This document shows positions 1 to 6,821 of a stretch of 15,596 bases of DNA, one piece after another; position 1 is the first letter of the stretch; every line of letters begins with the position of its first letter. Under the pieces are notes generated by a model. It was not told the origin of the DNA, did not search any database, and saw nothing but the letters and a program-made list of their open reading frames with translations. The DNA is from Gloeobacterales cyanobacterium (GTDB taxonomy: Bacteria; Cyanobacteriota; Cyanobacteriia; Gloeobacterales; PMM-0068), in the NCBI GenBank assembly GCA_038245785.1, contig JBBRSB010000049.1, positions 1-15,596 of the forward strand. Direction: 5' to 3'. The position numbers were made by a program, and so were the translations under genes.

Positions 1-273
1 ATCTACTTGTCGCATGCCACTAGATTCAAGGATATGTTGTAAGATTTCGTGAGGTTTGGACTGTGTGATTGGGTAGTGCTCTGATTCATATTGCTCGATC
101 AACATTACCAGCAGCCGATACAAAGCCTGTTGCTCTGTTGTGAGATTTTCTATGAAATGCAAGCGCTCTGCCAGAGCAAGAAAACCTTCATACTCCTCCT
201 TAGTCTCAATGACTTTGGGCGAGGTTTCGACAAGCAAGTTGTTATAGATTGTTGAGTCAAAAGTGAGGGTCAT
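1..273 (-). CDS. higA: HigA-family antitoxin / HTH regulator, 3' end runs off the window
   Basis: Not in the ORF track. Read by hand from ATG at 273-271: MTLTFDSTIYNNLLVETSPKVIETKEEYEGFLALAERL...LYRLLVMLIEQYESEHYPITQSKPHEILQHILESSGMRQVD, open to position 1. The P-x-VIETxEEY and L-x-x-LIE-x-YE motifs are typical of HigA. It overlaps the end of higB by 17 nt. Confidence 0.9.
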   Translation of the reverse strand, partial: MTLTFDSTIYNNLLVETSPKVIETKEEYEGFLALAERLHFIENLTTEQQALYRLLVMLIEQYESEHYPITQSKPHEILQHILESSGMRQVD

Positions 274-556
274 TTTTCCACCTGTCCTTGTCATACTCAG
301 CATGGGTTAAGAAGTACTTATAGTAGACTGTTCTAGTTGTGTATTTTATGCTGACAATCAATCGATAAGTATTTCCCTTAATGTTAAAGACTGTAAAATT
401 TCCAACCGCCTCAGCATCACGATAAATCCGGCGAACATCTTCCAAATTTTGCCAATCCGCTCCTCTAACGGTCGAGTACCAATCCTCAATCTGCTTAGTG
501 ACATCTGGGTACAAGTCAGCATCATGACGGAGCCTACTAATAGCAATTAAGTGCAT
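257..556 (-). CDS. higB: HigB-family (RelE-fold) mRNA interferase toxin
   Basis: 99 aa with AEAVGNFTVFNIKGNTYRLI and FLTHAEYDKDRWK, characteristic HigB motifs. The toxin-before-antitoxin order matches higBA. Confidence 0.93.
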   Translation of the reverse strand: MHLIAISRLRHDADLYPDVTKQIEDWYSTVRGADWQNLEDVRRIYRDAEAVGNFTVFNIKGNTYRLIVSIKYTTRTVYYKYFLTHAEYDKDRWKNDPHF

Positions 557-633
557 GTATGGGCTCTCTCAGGTAATGACTTCACAATTTTGCAAAGCTC
601 TTTGAGCAGGTGTAGAATGTGCACTCTCCTATG

Positions 634-648
634 CTCTCATTCTGAGAG
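634..648. promoter_or_regulatory. Palindrome, possible HigA operator
   Basis: CTCTCA-TTC-TGAGAG about 80 bp upstream of the higB start, overlapping the resolvase stop codon. The operator role is inferred from position only. Confidence 0.3.
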
Positions 649-1221
649 TATTTTGTCAAATACATCAATTTGTTCCTCGTCTACATACTTATAGAGCGTT
701 GGTTTGGAAATGCTCATCATTTCGCAGATTTCATCAATTGAGTGGTAACGGTCGTTATATAACTTGACGGCCAATTGTCGTTTGTTGGGGTCTAAGGCTT
801 TGGGTCTTCCACCTTTGCGTCCTCTGGCTCTAGCGGCTGTGAGTCCCGCTTGAGTACGCTCACGAATTAGATTGCGCTCAAACTCAGCGAGTGCCCCAAA
901 TAGGTGAAATACTAGTTGACCGCTGCTTGATGTGGTGTTGATGGCTTCTTGTAGGCTATGCAGTCCAATCGATTGCTGTTTTAAGGTTTCGGTCAGTTGG
1001 ATCAGGTCTTTGAGGGACCTGCCTAAGCGGTCTAACCGCCACACCACCAGCGTATCCCCTGCTCTAGCTATTTCCAGGGCAGAACTGAGCCCTGGACGAG
1101 AAGCTTTTGCTCCGCTCAGGTAATCTTCAAAGATTTTTTCGCACCCAGCTTTACGCAAAGCATCCTTTTGGAGATGTAACTTTTGATCGTCTGTGGACAC
1201 GCGAGCATAGCCAATTAGCAT
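637..1221 (-). CDS. Serine recombinase (resolvase/invertase family) with C-terminal HTH
   Basis: MLIGYARVST (catalytic Ser), GDTLVVWRLDRLGRS, AEFERNLIRERT, GRKGGRP and a C-terminal HTH (ISKPTLYKY). Confidence 0.96.
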   Translation of the reverse strand: MLIGYARVSTDDQKLHLQKDALRKAGCEKIFEDYLSGAKASRPGLSSALEIARAGDTLVVWRLDRLGRSLKDLIQLTETLKQQSIGLHSLQEAINTTSSSGQLVFHLFGALAEFERNLIRERTQAGLTAARARGRKGGRPKALDPNKRQLAVKLYNDRYHSIDEICEMMSISKPTLYKYVDEEQIDVFDKILSE

Positions 1222-1224
1222 TTA

Positions 1225-1360
1225 AGTCAATAAACTCATTGCGACTTAGTGTATCTTGCTTTTGATAGAATTACTGAGTTTATTGACTCGTGCGATGGCG
1301 GCTTCTCATTTTGTGGAAGCTTGTGTAGTGGGAGTAAGGAAAAGGGTCCTTTCCTTTACT
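1225..1360. other. res-like recombination site upstream of the resolvase
   Basis: Perfect 14-bp inverted repeat AGTCAATAAACTCA (1225-1238) / TGAGTTTATTGACT (1275-1288). A 28-bp imperfect palindrome AGTAAGGAAAAGG-GT-CCTTTCCTTTACT (1333-1360; 11 of 13 positions complementary around a 2-bp centre) has the geometry of a crossover site I. Confidence 0.7.
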
Positions 1361-1386
1361 TCCATTCTGCAGGAGAGGCATTACCT

Positions 1387-1564
1387 GGGATTGAGCCGAG
1401 ATAGGATACTGTTGGCGAATTGTTTCTTCATGTCTGGACCCCCGATTCTAGCGGTGTCTAATTTACAAAACTCAATCAGTTTCGATAAGGGGATAACGAA
1501 GCTTCAAGGCTTTCAGAATGTTAAGGAATGTTTCGCCAACAGTATCGTATCTCGGCTCAATCCC
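1387..1564. repeat. 33-bp inverted repeat pair (1 mismatch) flanking a 112-bp core
   Basis: 1387-1419 GGGATTGAGCCGAGATAGGATACTGTTGGCGAA versus 1532-1564 TTCGCCAACAGTATCGTATCTCGGCTCAATCCC. Confidence 0.92.
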
Positions 1565-1778
1565 TATCTAGTTCGCGCGCCATAATGGCACTTATTAAAA
1601 CTGATTTCCCACTGCGGGGTTGTGAAAACATTCCAGTTCCCGTTAATGCTTTATTATTGACCTTTCGTTCTTCCCCTTGTTGCCACTCGCTGCATGCCGC
1701 TATTTCTGCCCACCCTGGATTTACTGCACATCTTAGATGCCCGTTCCCTGAAAAATATTTACAATTTGAACATTTCAT
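1557..1778 (-). CDS. Small Cys-rich protein (DUF6464-like CAVNP motif), possibly truncated
   Basis: CSNCKYFSGNGHLRCAVNP...CSEW. The start overlaps the relaxase stop (ATGA, 1775-1778), suggesting coupling. The stop codon lies inside the 33-bp repeat. Confidence 0.65.
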   Translation of the reverse strand: MKCSNCKYFSGNGHLRCAVNPGWAEIAACSEWQQGEERKVNNKALTGTGMFSQPRSGKSVLISAIMARELDRD

Positions 1779-4700
1779 CGGCTTAGACCTCTGCCTTGGT
1801 TTGGTTCTTGTTTTTGCTGTTGCGCTGGGGGCTTTTCTTCTATCGATACCTTTGCTTGCAAGTGCTCGTTCCAGTCCTTCTGACGCGGCGGCATCGCACG
1901 AGATAGTAAAGGCTGTCCTTCCTTCCTTCCCTTCTTCACTACCAAGACCTCGCCACCTTCTTCCATGACCTTCCGTACATAGGGGGTGAGGACTTTATCT
2001 ACAACCCTATCTGCCGCTTGTCTAGAAGCTTTTTTCGATGACTCTGAGCCTATTTCTGTTGAGTCATACGCCACCACCAGTCTTGCTCCCTGGTCCATAG
2101 CTTCTCTAATCTGCTCCGAAGGAATGTCCCCAGAGCCATCTGTTGGTAGGTACACTCGAACGCCTTCTCGGTCTTTATCGAGCATTGCAACTGATGCAGC
2201 ATCTATGGGAGCCTCCGTCAGTACAATTTTCTTTATGACACCCTCTCCCAAAGCAAACCAGTGCCAGCCATCTGCCTTTGCTGACCCTTCTGCTAACCCT
2301 TTAAAGGTGCTTGCGTTAAAGGTCCCACGCAGATTTGCTCCTGTCACCTCACCTCTGACAAACTTACCCTCTTCAAACGTTAGTTTGTGCCTAAGCCAGA
2401 CGGCGTTCTGCTTGCTATCGGCGTACAGTAGCCCTTGGTTGTGTAGCCCATCCACCAGAATTGGTGAGAGCATCCGTTCATTTACCAGATAATCCCTAAC
2501 GGCTGGCCACTTTGAATCATTCTGGATCGGAGCGACAAATGGGGGCTTGGGCTCGGCTTTCCTAGGCTCTTCAGTGCGGCTGATCGCTGGACTCTCTACG
2601 ATTCCCTCACTTGTGCTAAACCGCTCCTTGAGCCAATCTACGGCCTCTGGATATCCAATCTCTTTGAAGTCCATCACAAAATCAATGGCACCCCCCGCCC
2701 CCTTCTGCGTGGTGTGGTTATAGAATTTCTCGCCTGTAAATGAGTACACCTGCCCATCACCACGCCATTTCTTCTTATCGAGCTTATCCCTCTCCATTCC
2801 AAGAATCTGAGCTACCTCTTCAAGCGGCTGCTCGCGTAGCTCTGCTGCCAGCCTCTTGGCCTCCTCTATTTTCTGACGCTGGTTTTCGGTCGCTCTATCA
2901 GGACGGCTCGGGGTGTTTGGGATGTTGACCACGCTATCCAGCTTGTTAGAAGCAGGTTCACTGCCAGCAGTCCCCCCAGAACCCAGGCTATCCAAGGTTT
3001 CATCCCTTGATCTCCTGAGCTGTACGATTTCCTCTTTAGGTCCGTCTGCATTGAGTCCAACTGCCTTTGCAACTGCTCGACTTGACTCTTCGAGGGGCTG
3101 TTGGTCTGCCAACTGTTGATGCTCTTGGCCCATTCCAAAATTGTCTTCTTCTCCTCGGAGGACTGCTTCTCCTGTTCTGCTTGCTTCTTGGTCATCGCCT
3201 CCAAAATTTCCTTTAGCGGTTCCAGGTCTGATTTCTGGATTACCTTGGCTAGGCTCGTTTCTGCTCCCTCCAACTGTGCTGCCTGAGTCTGTGCCAAGTT
3301 TTCCAAGCTCTCTATTTTCGCTATCGGGGCCTCCCACTTCTTGAGGGTTTCTAGCACTAATTCCATCACGGACTTCGACCCGACTATCTTCCCCAGCATC
3401 GCCGGGACTTCCGGTAATGCGCTCAACCTTTCCATCACCAAGTTCGGCGTCTTTTGCAAGGTTTTCTCCAGCGCCTGAACCTGCTTGTACACTGGGTCCA
3501 TCGCGTTCAACATGTGCTCGTATTGGCTCTGACTGCTGTTCTCGTTCAGGAACGCTAGATTGGTTCTCAGAGCTTTCAGGTCTTCCATAACGGAACCCAT
3601 TTGCTCTAATGATTTCTCGGTAGTAGTCTGATTCCCAAAGGCTTTCTCTAGCCTGCTCAACTCTTCCTGAATCGCTTTCAGACTGGCTTCCGATGTCTGG
3701 TTTTCCACTTTCTGGTTGAGGATTTTCAGGTCTGTCTTTATCGGTTTCAGGGCTATTTCCAAAGCGTTCAGCAGCTCGTCGTCCGAGGTCCCTACTAAAT
3801 CTCCATGTTCTTCGGGCTTGCTTCCGTTCATTCCGTTGGTCATGGGTTTCTTCCTTATGTATTTTTTCTTCTACGCCCACTGCCACAGGGCTTTCTACTT
3901 TCGCATCAAGCAACTCCAAAGCATTTTCATTCACACGAGAAACTTTTATTTGCACCCCTAGGGCTTGGGGTTCAGAGGCATAGATGAGAACTTCTTCTTT
4001 ACCCCGACTGACTGCTACATAGTAGGCTTCCTTTCCAATCGATAAAGCCCTGCTACTATCAGCGTCATACATCACATACTTGGCCGTTTTCCCCTGGGAA
4101 CTATATACCGTACTCACATAGTTATGGTCCGAGTGATGTAGATCTTCAGCTCTATAAACCTTGTCCCTTCCCTTAGTCGTCACTAGAAAGGAACCATCCT
4201 CTCTTAGCTCCTTGATGATAAATTCTTGACCATTCAAGACATTGAGGCGGCGGTCATTCTTTGTGAATTTACCTCTATCACCAACGGCCAGTTCAAGCCC
4301 TTCTTTCTGAAATACTTCCCGCTCCAAATGTTTTTTGACTGAGGACTGATGGTTATCACCATTTGAGTCCTGGAGCGTCAACATTCCGAGTCTACGGTCC
4401 ATCTCAGTGACTGTGTAGGACTCACTCTTTTTAAACTCAGCATAGTCTCGATTGAACTGGACTACATCCCCAACTTCGTAGTAAGCAACCTGCTTCTTTT
4501 CCCAGGAGTCAAGGTTTTTAGTTCTCAAGACTTCAATCGTTTTAGTCTCATCTCCTAGACTGCCTTCAGCTTTCAGACCCTTGCGAACCTCCTCTGTAAC
4601 TAGCTTCCGTTCAGTGTTGGTGCCAGCTAACATCAATGTCTGTTTTCTAACCTCTGGACTCCTATGCAGGTATTCATTAGCAAAGGCTGTAGTTCTCTCG

Positions 4701-6466
4701 TCCTGGTCTCTTATCTCAACGACCTTTCCATTATTTTGAAGCAGAGTATAAGAGTCCTCAATTTTTCCCTTAGCTATGAGGCTGACAACTTCTTTCAGAG
4801 ATGGGTCTTTTTGCCTCATAGACTCATCTATTATCGCTACCTTAACCTCACTCTTATTTTGCAGCAGCAGGAAGGGAGAACCCGCCTGTACTCCTGATAA
4901 CTGTTTTCCATCTCCAGTTAAAATTACTCTGCTATCTGTAGCTTCAGCTCTCTTTAAAAGTTCATCTAAATGTCGAGCGCTAGCCTGACCTGCTTCATCT
5001 AACACCAGGATTTCCCCTCTAGTAAGCTGCTCAATACTCGCCATCAGATAAGAATCTAGAGTTTGCGATGGGATACCAGACTCAGACTCTAGAATCTCAG
5101 CACTTTGGGCGCTCGGAGCGAGTCCTCTAATCTTCAGCTCTTTGGCCTCAGCTAGCTCCCTAGCTCCTGCCAGCGTATAACTCTTACCAACTCCGGCATC
5201 ACCCTGGATGATGATGATTCGGTCTTCTGTGGTGCCGATTAAGTCTAGTCCTCTTAACTGGCCCTGATTGAAAGTCTTTTCTAAAGCTATGGCTTGTACT
5301 TCAGCTCTGCTACCTATGGGATTTTGAGTACCCTTACCAGCGTTTACAACTCTTATAATTCTCTGCTCTCTGGAAACGGCCTCTTCCGTTGTCAAGCGTC
5401 CGTCAGGAGTGGAGAGAATTTGGCCTTCTGCCTTTTCTCTGGAAATCTCTTGTTCGAGCCCCTCAAGCGTATAGCTGCCCTGTGATTGCCGCAGCGATTC
5501 TTTCAGCAACTCTCTTTCATTGAAGGCCACTTCCTTATCGCCCAGTACCTCTTTTGCTCCGCCCACAATACTAGACCGTTGTCGGACTTCCTCTGCTCTT
5601 TCTAGATTTGGTCGAGGGTGGATTATTCCATTATCATCAGCTAGTTTTTTCCAATAATGATGCAGCTCTGTCCTATCAACTCGATTTACCTTCGCTTTGC
5701 GTGTCTTCTTTGCTGCAATATCCCTTCGTGCCGCACTAGCATCAGCACCAACTTCAGCGATTATGTCCTCCCTTCTAGAGCTAAACGCCTCTATTTGTTC
5801 ACGGGTATATCCAACTACTTCAAAGGTCCCATCCTTATTCCATACGGTCTGGTATCCAGTCTCATGCAGCCGCTTCGCTAGCTCATTGTGGTAAACCGCT
5901 CCTATCAACATGCTATTGCGGTAAATCTCTGTGTTGTCGATAGTCCGCCACTTCCCGGTCCTATCTATCGTCTGGTTCATCAGGATGGCATGCGTGTGCA
6001 ACTGGGGGTCTAAGTTCCTCGAAGTATCGTGTTGCCAAAGTGCTAGCTGTCCGTTTCCCGTCTTCTCAATATGGGAAACTCCATTCTCCATAATTCGAGT
6101 CTGGATGAATTCGCGCTCCATCATCCCAAGCGCTACTTTTACCGCTTCATGATGAGCTGCTATAGCCTGGACATCTCCATTCACTAAACCGATTATCGAA
6201 ACGCTCTTTGGGGCAGAAAACGTCAAGTCAACCCCTGGCCGCCTGTTTCCTTGAGCCCTAACTAAAAGCTCTCCGTCTTTCCCCTTTCCCTCTAAAGCAT
6301 TCTCGAACTGCCCCGCCTTCACTTGCCCCGTGAGCCCTTGGGTTCTTGCTCCAATTCCTACCCACTCTGAGTTTTTATACCCCTCTTCTTGGGTATAGTA
6401 GTTTTCTTCCTCATAGTATTCTTTAGCTTGAGCTGAGGACTTAAGGTTTGCTAGGTCTACTGTAAT
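1775..6466 (-). CDS. MobF (TrwC/TraI-type) relaxase-helicase with a disordered linker and C-terminal DUF3991/TOPRIM primase-like region
   Basis: DLTFSAPKSVS and HDTSRNLDPQLHTH (MobF HUH motifs); QGDAGVGKS, LDEAGQ, GDGKQL and STVYSSQGKT (SF1 helicase); GGAIDFVM, VRDYLVNERML, IVLTEAPIDAAS and VVAYD (DUF3991/TOPRIM-like). The frame stays open upstream of the track start at 6322 and encodes the catalytic tyrosines (AKEYYEEENYY). I propose the start is ATT at 6466, giving 1563 aa. The family call is firm; the exact start is inferred. Confidence 0.93.
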   Translation of the reverse strand: MTVDLANLKSSAQAKEYYEEENYYTQEEGYKNSEWVGIGARTQGLTGQVKAGQFENALEGKGKDGELLVRAQGNRRPGVDLTFSAPKSVSIIGLVNGDVQAIAAHHEAVKVALGMMEREFIQTRIMENGVSHIEKTGNGQLALWQHDTSRNLDPQLHTHAILMNQTIDRTGKWRTIDNTEIYRNSMLIGAVYHNELAKRLHETGYQTVWNKDGTFEVVGYTREQIEAFSSRREDIIAEVGADASAARRDIAAKKTRKAKVNRVDRTELHHYWKKLADDNGIIHPRPNLERAEEVRQRSSIVGGAKEVLGDKEVAFNERELLKESLRQSQGSYTLEGLEQEISREKAEGQILSTPDGRLTTEEAVSREQRIIRVVNAGKGTQNPIGSRAEVQAIALEKTFNQGQLRGLDLIGTTEDRIIIIQGDAGVGKSYTLAGARELAEAKELKIRGLAPSAQSAEILESESGIPSQTLDSYLMASIEQLTRGEILVLDEAGQASARHLDELLKRAEATDSRVILTGDGKQLSGVQAGSPFLLLQNKSEVKVAIIDESMRQKDPSLKEVVSLIAKGKIEDSYTLLQNNGKVVEIRDQDERTTAFANEYLHRSPEVRKQTLMLAGTNTERKLVTEEVRKGLKAEGSLGDETKTIEVLRTKNLDSWEKKQVAYYEVGDVVQFNRDYAEFKKSESYTVTEMDRRLGMLTLQDSNGDNHQSSVKKHLEREVFQKEGLELAVGDRGKFTKNDRRLNVLNGQEFIIKELREDGSFLVTTKGRDKVYRAEDLHHSDHNYVSTVYSSQGKTAKYVMYDADSSRALSIGKEAYYVAVSRGKEEVLIYASEPQALGVQIKVSRVNENALELLDAKVESPVAVGVEEKIHKEETHDQRNERKQARRTWRFSRDLGRRAAERFGNSPETDKDRPENPQPESGKPDIGSQSESDSGRVEQARESLWESDYYREIIRANGFRYGRPESSENQSSVPEREQQSEPIRAHVERDGPSVQAGSGAGENLAKDAELGDGKVERITGSPGDAGEDSRVEVRDGISARNPQEVGGPDSENRELGKLGTDSGSTVGGSRNEPSQGNPEIRPGTAKGNFGGDDQEASRTGEAVLRGEEDNFGMGQEHQQLADQQPLEESSRAVAKAVGLNADGPKEEIVQLRRSRDETLDSLGSGGTAGSEPASNKLDSVVNIPNTPSRPDRATENQRQKIEEAKRLAAELREQPLEEVAQILGMERDKLDKKKWRGDGQVYSFTGEKFYNHTTQKGAGGAIDFVMDFKEIGYPEAVDWLKERFSTSEGIVESPAISRTEEPRKAEPKPPFVAPIQNDSKWPAVRDYLVNERMLSPILVDGLHNQGLLYADSKQNAVWLRHKLTFEEGKFVRGEVTGANLRGTFNASTFKGLAEGSAKADGWHWFALGEGVIKKIVLTEAPIDAASVAMLDKDREGVRVYLPTDGSGDIPSEQIREAMDQGARLVVAYDSTEIGSESSKKASRQAADRVVDKVLTPYVRKVMEEGGEVLVVKKGRKEGQPLLSRAMPPRQKDWNEHLQAKVSIEEKPPAQQQKQEPNQGRGLSR
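2866..3843 (-). CDS. Nested +1-frame gene inside the relaxase: coiled-coil protein with a C-terminal membrane anchor (MobB/MbeB-like role proposed)
   Basis: 325 stop-free codons. AAGGA lies 8 nt before the ATG. The sequence is L/E/K/Q-rich and helical throughout and has one hydrophobic segment, WIAWVLGGLLAVNLLLTSWIAW. It coincides with the low-complexity linker of the host frame. Confidence 0.82.
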   Translation of the reverse strand: MTNGMNGSKPEEHGDLVGTSDDELLNALEIALKPIKTDLKILNQKVENQTSEASLKAIQEELSRLEKAFGNQTTTEKSLEQMGSVMEDLKALRTNLAFLNENSSQSQYEHMLNAMDPVYKQVQALEKTLQKTPNLVMERLSALPEVPAMLGKIVGSKSVMELVLETLKKWEAPIAKIESLENLAQTQAAQLEGAETSLAKVIQKSDLEPLKEILEAMTKKQAEQEKQSSEEKKTILEWAKSINSWQTNSPSKSQVEQLQRQLDSMQTDLKRKSYSSGDQGMKPWIAWVLGGLLAVNLLLTSWIAWSTSQTPRAVLIERPKTSVRK

Positions 6467-6541
6467 GCCTGTAACCCTTATGGTGGCTTGTACACGGTTT
6501 AAGAATAACGTTCAAAACCCGCTCTTGGGCTAAGCATATAC

Positions 6542-6570
6542 CAAAACAGAGTTTTGCGTACGGTGTCGCC
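6542..6570 (+). other. oriT: oriT nic site (MobF type), predicted nick between 6566 and 6567
   Basis: CAAAAC-AGA-GTTTTG hairpin followed by CGTACGGTGT^CG, paralleling the F-plasmid site GCAAAAAC-TT-GTTTTTGC-GTGGGGTGT^GG. It lies about 100 bp upstream of the proposed relaxase start. Confidence 0.8.
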
Positions 6571-6577
6571 TAAATAT

Positions 6578-6692
6578 TCAGTCTTCCAACCGCACAATTA
6601 GAGGGTATATCGCTGACAAGCGATGGCGTCCCATAAAACCCCCGCCAGGGGGTTCTTCCCTGGGTTCCTGGGGCGTGTGGTTGGAAGAGTGA
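6578..6692. other. Multi-branched stem-loop immediately 3' of the predicted nic
   Basis: Outer stem TCTTCCAACCGCAC (6582-6595) / GTGTGGTTGGAAGA (6675-6688). It encloses ATCGCT-GACA-AGCGAT (6609-6624) and AACCCCC-GCCA-GGGGGTT (6637-6654). Confidence 0.6.
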
Positions 6693-6728
6693 CATACTTG
6701 TTTTCCTTAGGGCTTGTGGTTGTGTAGT

Positions 6729-6760
6729 GTGTCCGGCAGGCGATAGCCGAGAGAGGCTAT
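6729..6760 (+). repeat. Dispersed motif, copy 1
   Basis: GTGTCCGGCAGGCG followed by the hairpin ATAGCC-GAGAGA-GGCTAT. Confidence 0.75.
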
Positions 6761-6821
6761 GAGCGCAATGGTCTGCCTATTTTGTTTGGCATGATGTAAA
6801 AATAGAAATGATGAGCAGAGG

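Noticed and set aside
637..1221. Tn3-family transposon around the resolvase
   Set aside because: No transposase and no 38-bp GGGG-ended terminal repeats were seen in the window.
1256..1968. + strand ORFs 1256-1585 and 1528-1968
   Set aside because: They run across the res site and inverted repeats and antisense to real genes. No recognisable motifs.
2840..2866. GAGGAGG just after the nested gene's stop, suggesting separate translation of the primase-like domain (RepB'-style)
   Set aside because: The only suitably spaced in-frame codon is CTG, and GAG GAG simply encodes Glu-Glu. Not supportable without Ribo-seq.
1986..6152. Many + strand ORFs of 60-168 aa opposite the relaxase
   Set aside because: These are antisense shadows with S/L/F-rich composition and no RBS, unlike the same-strand nested ORF.
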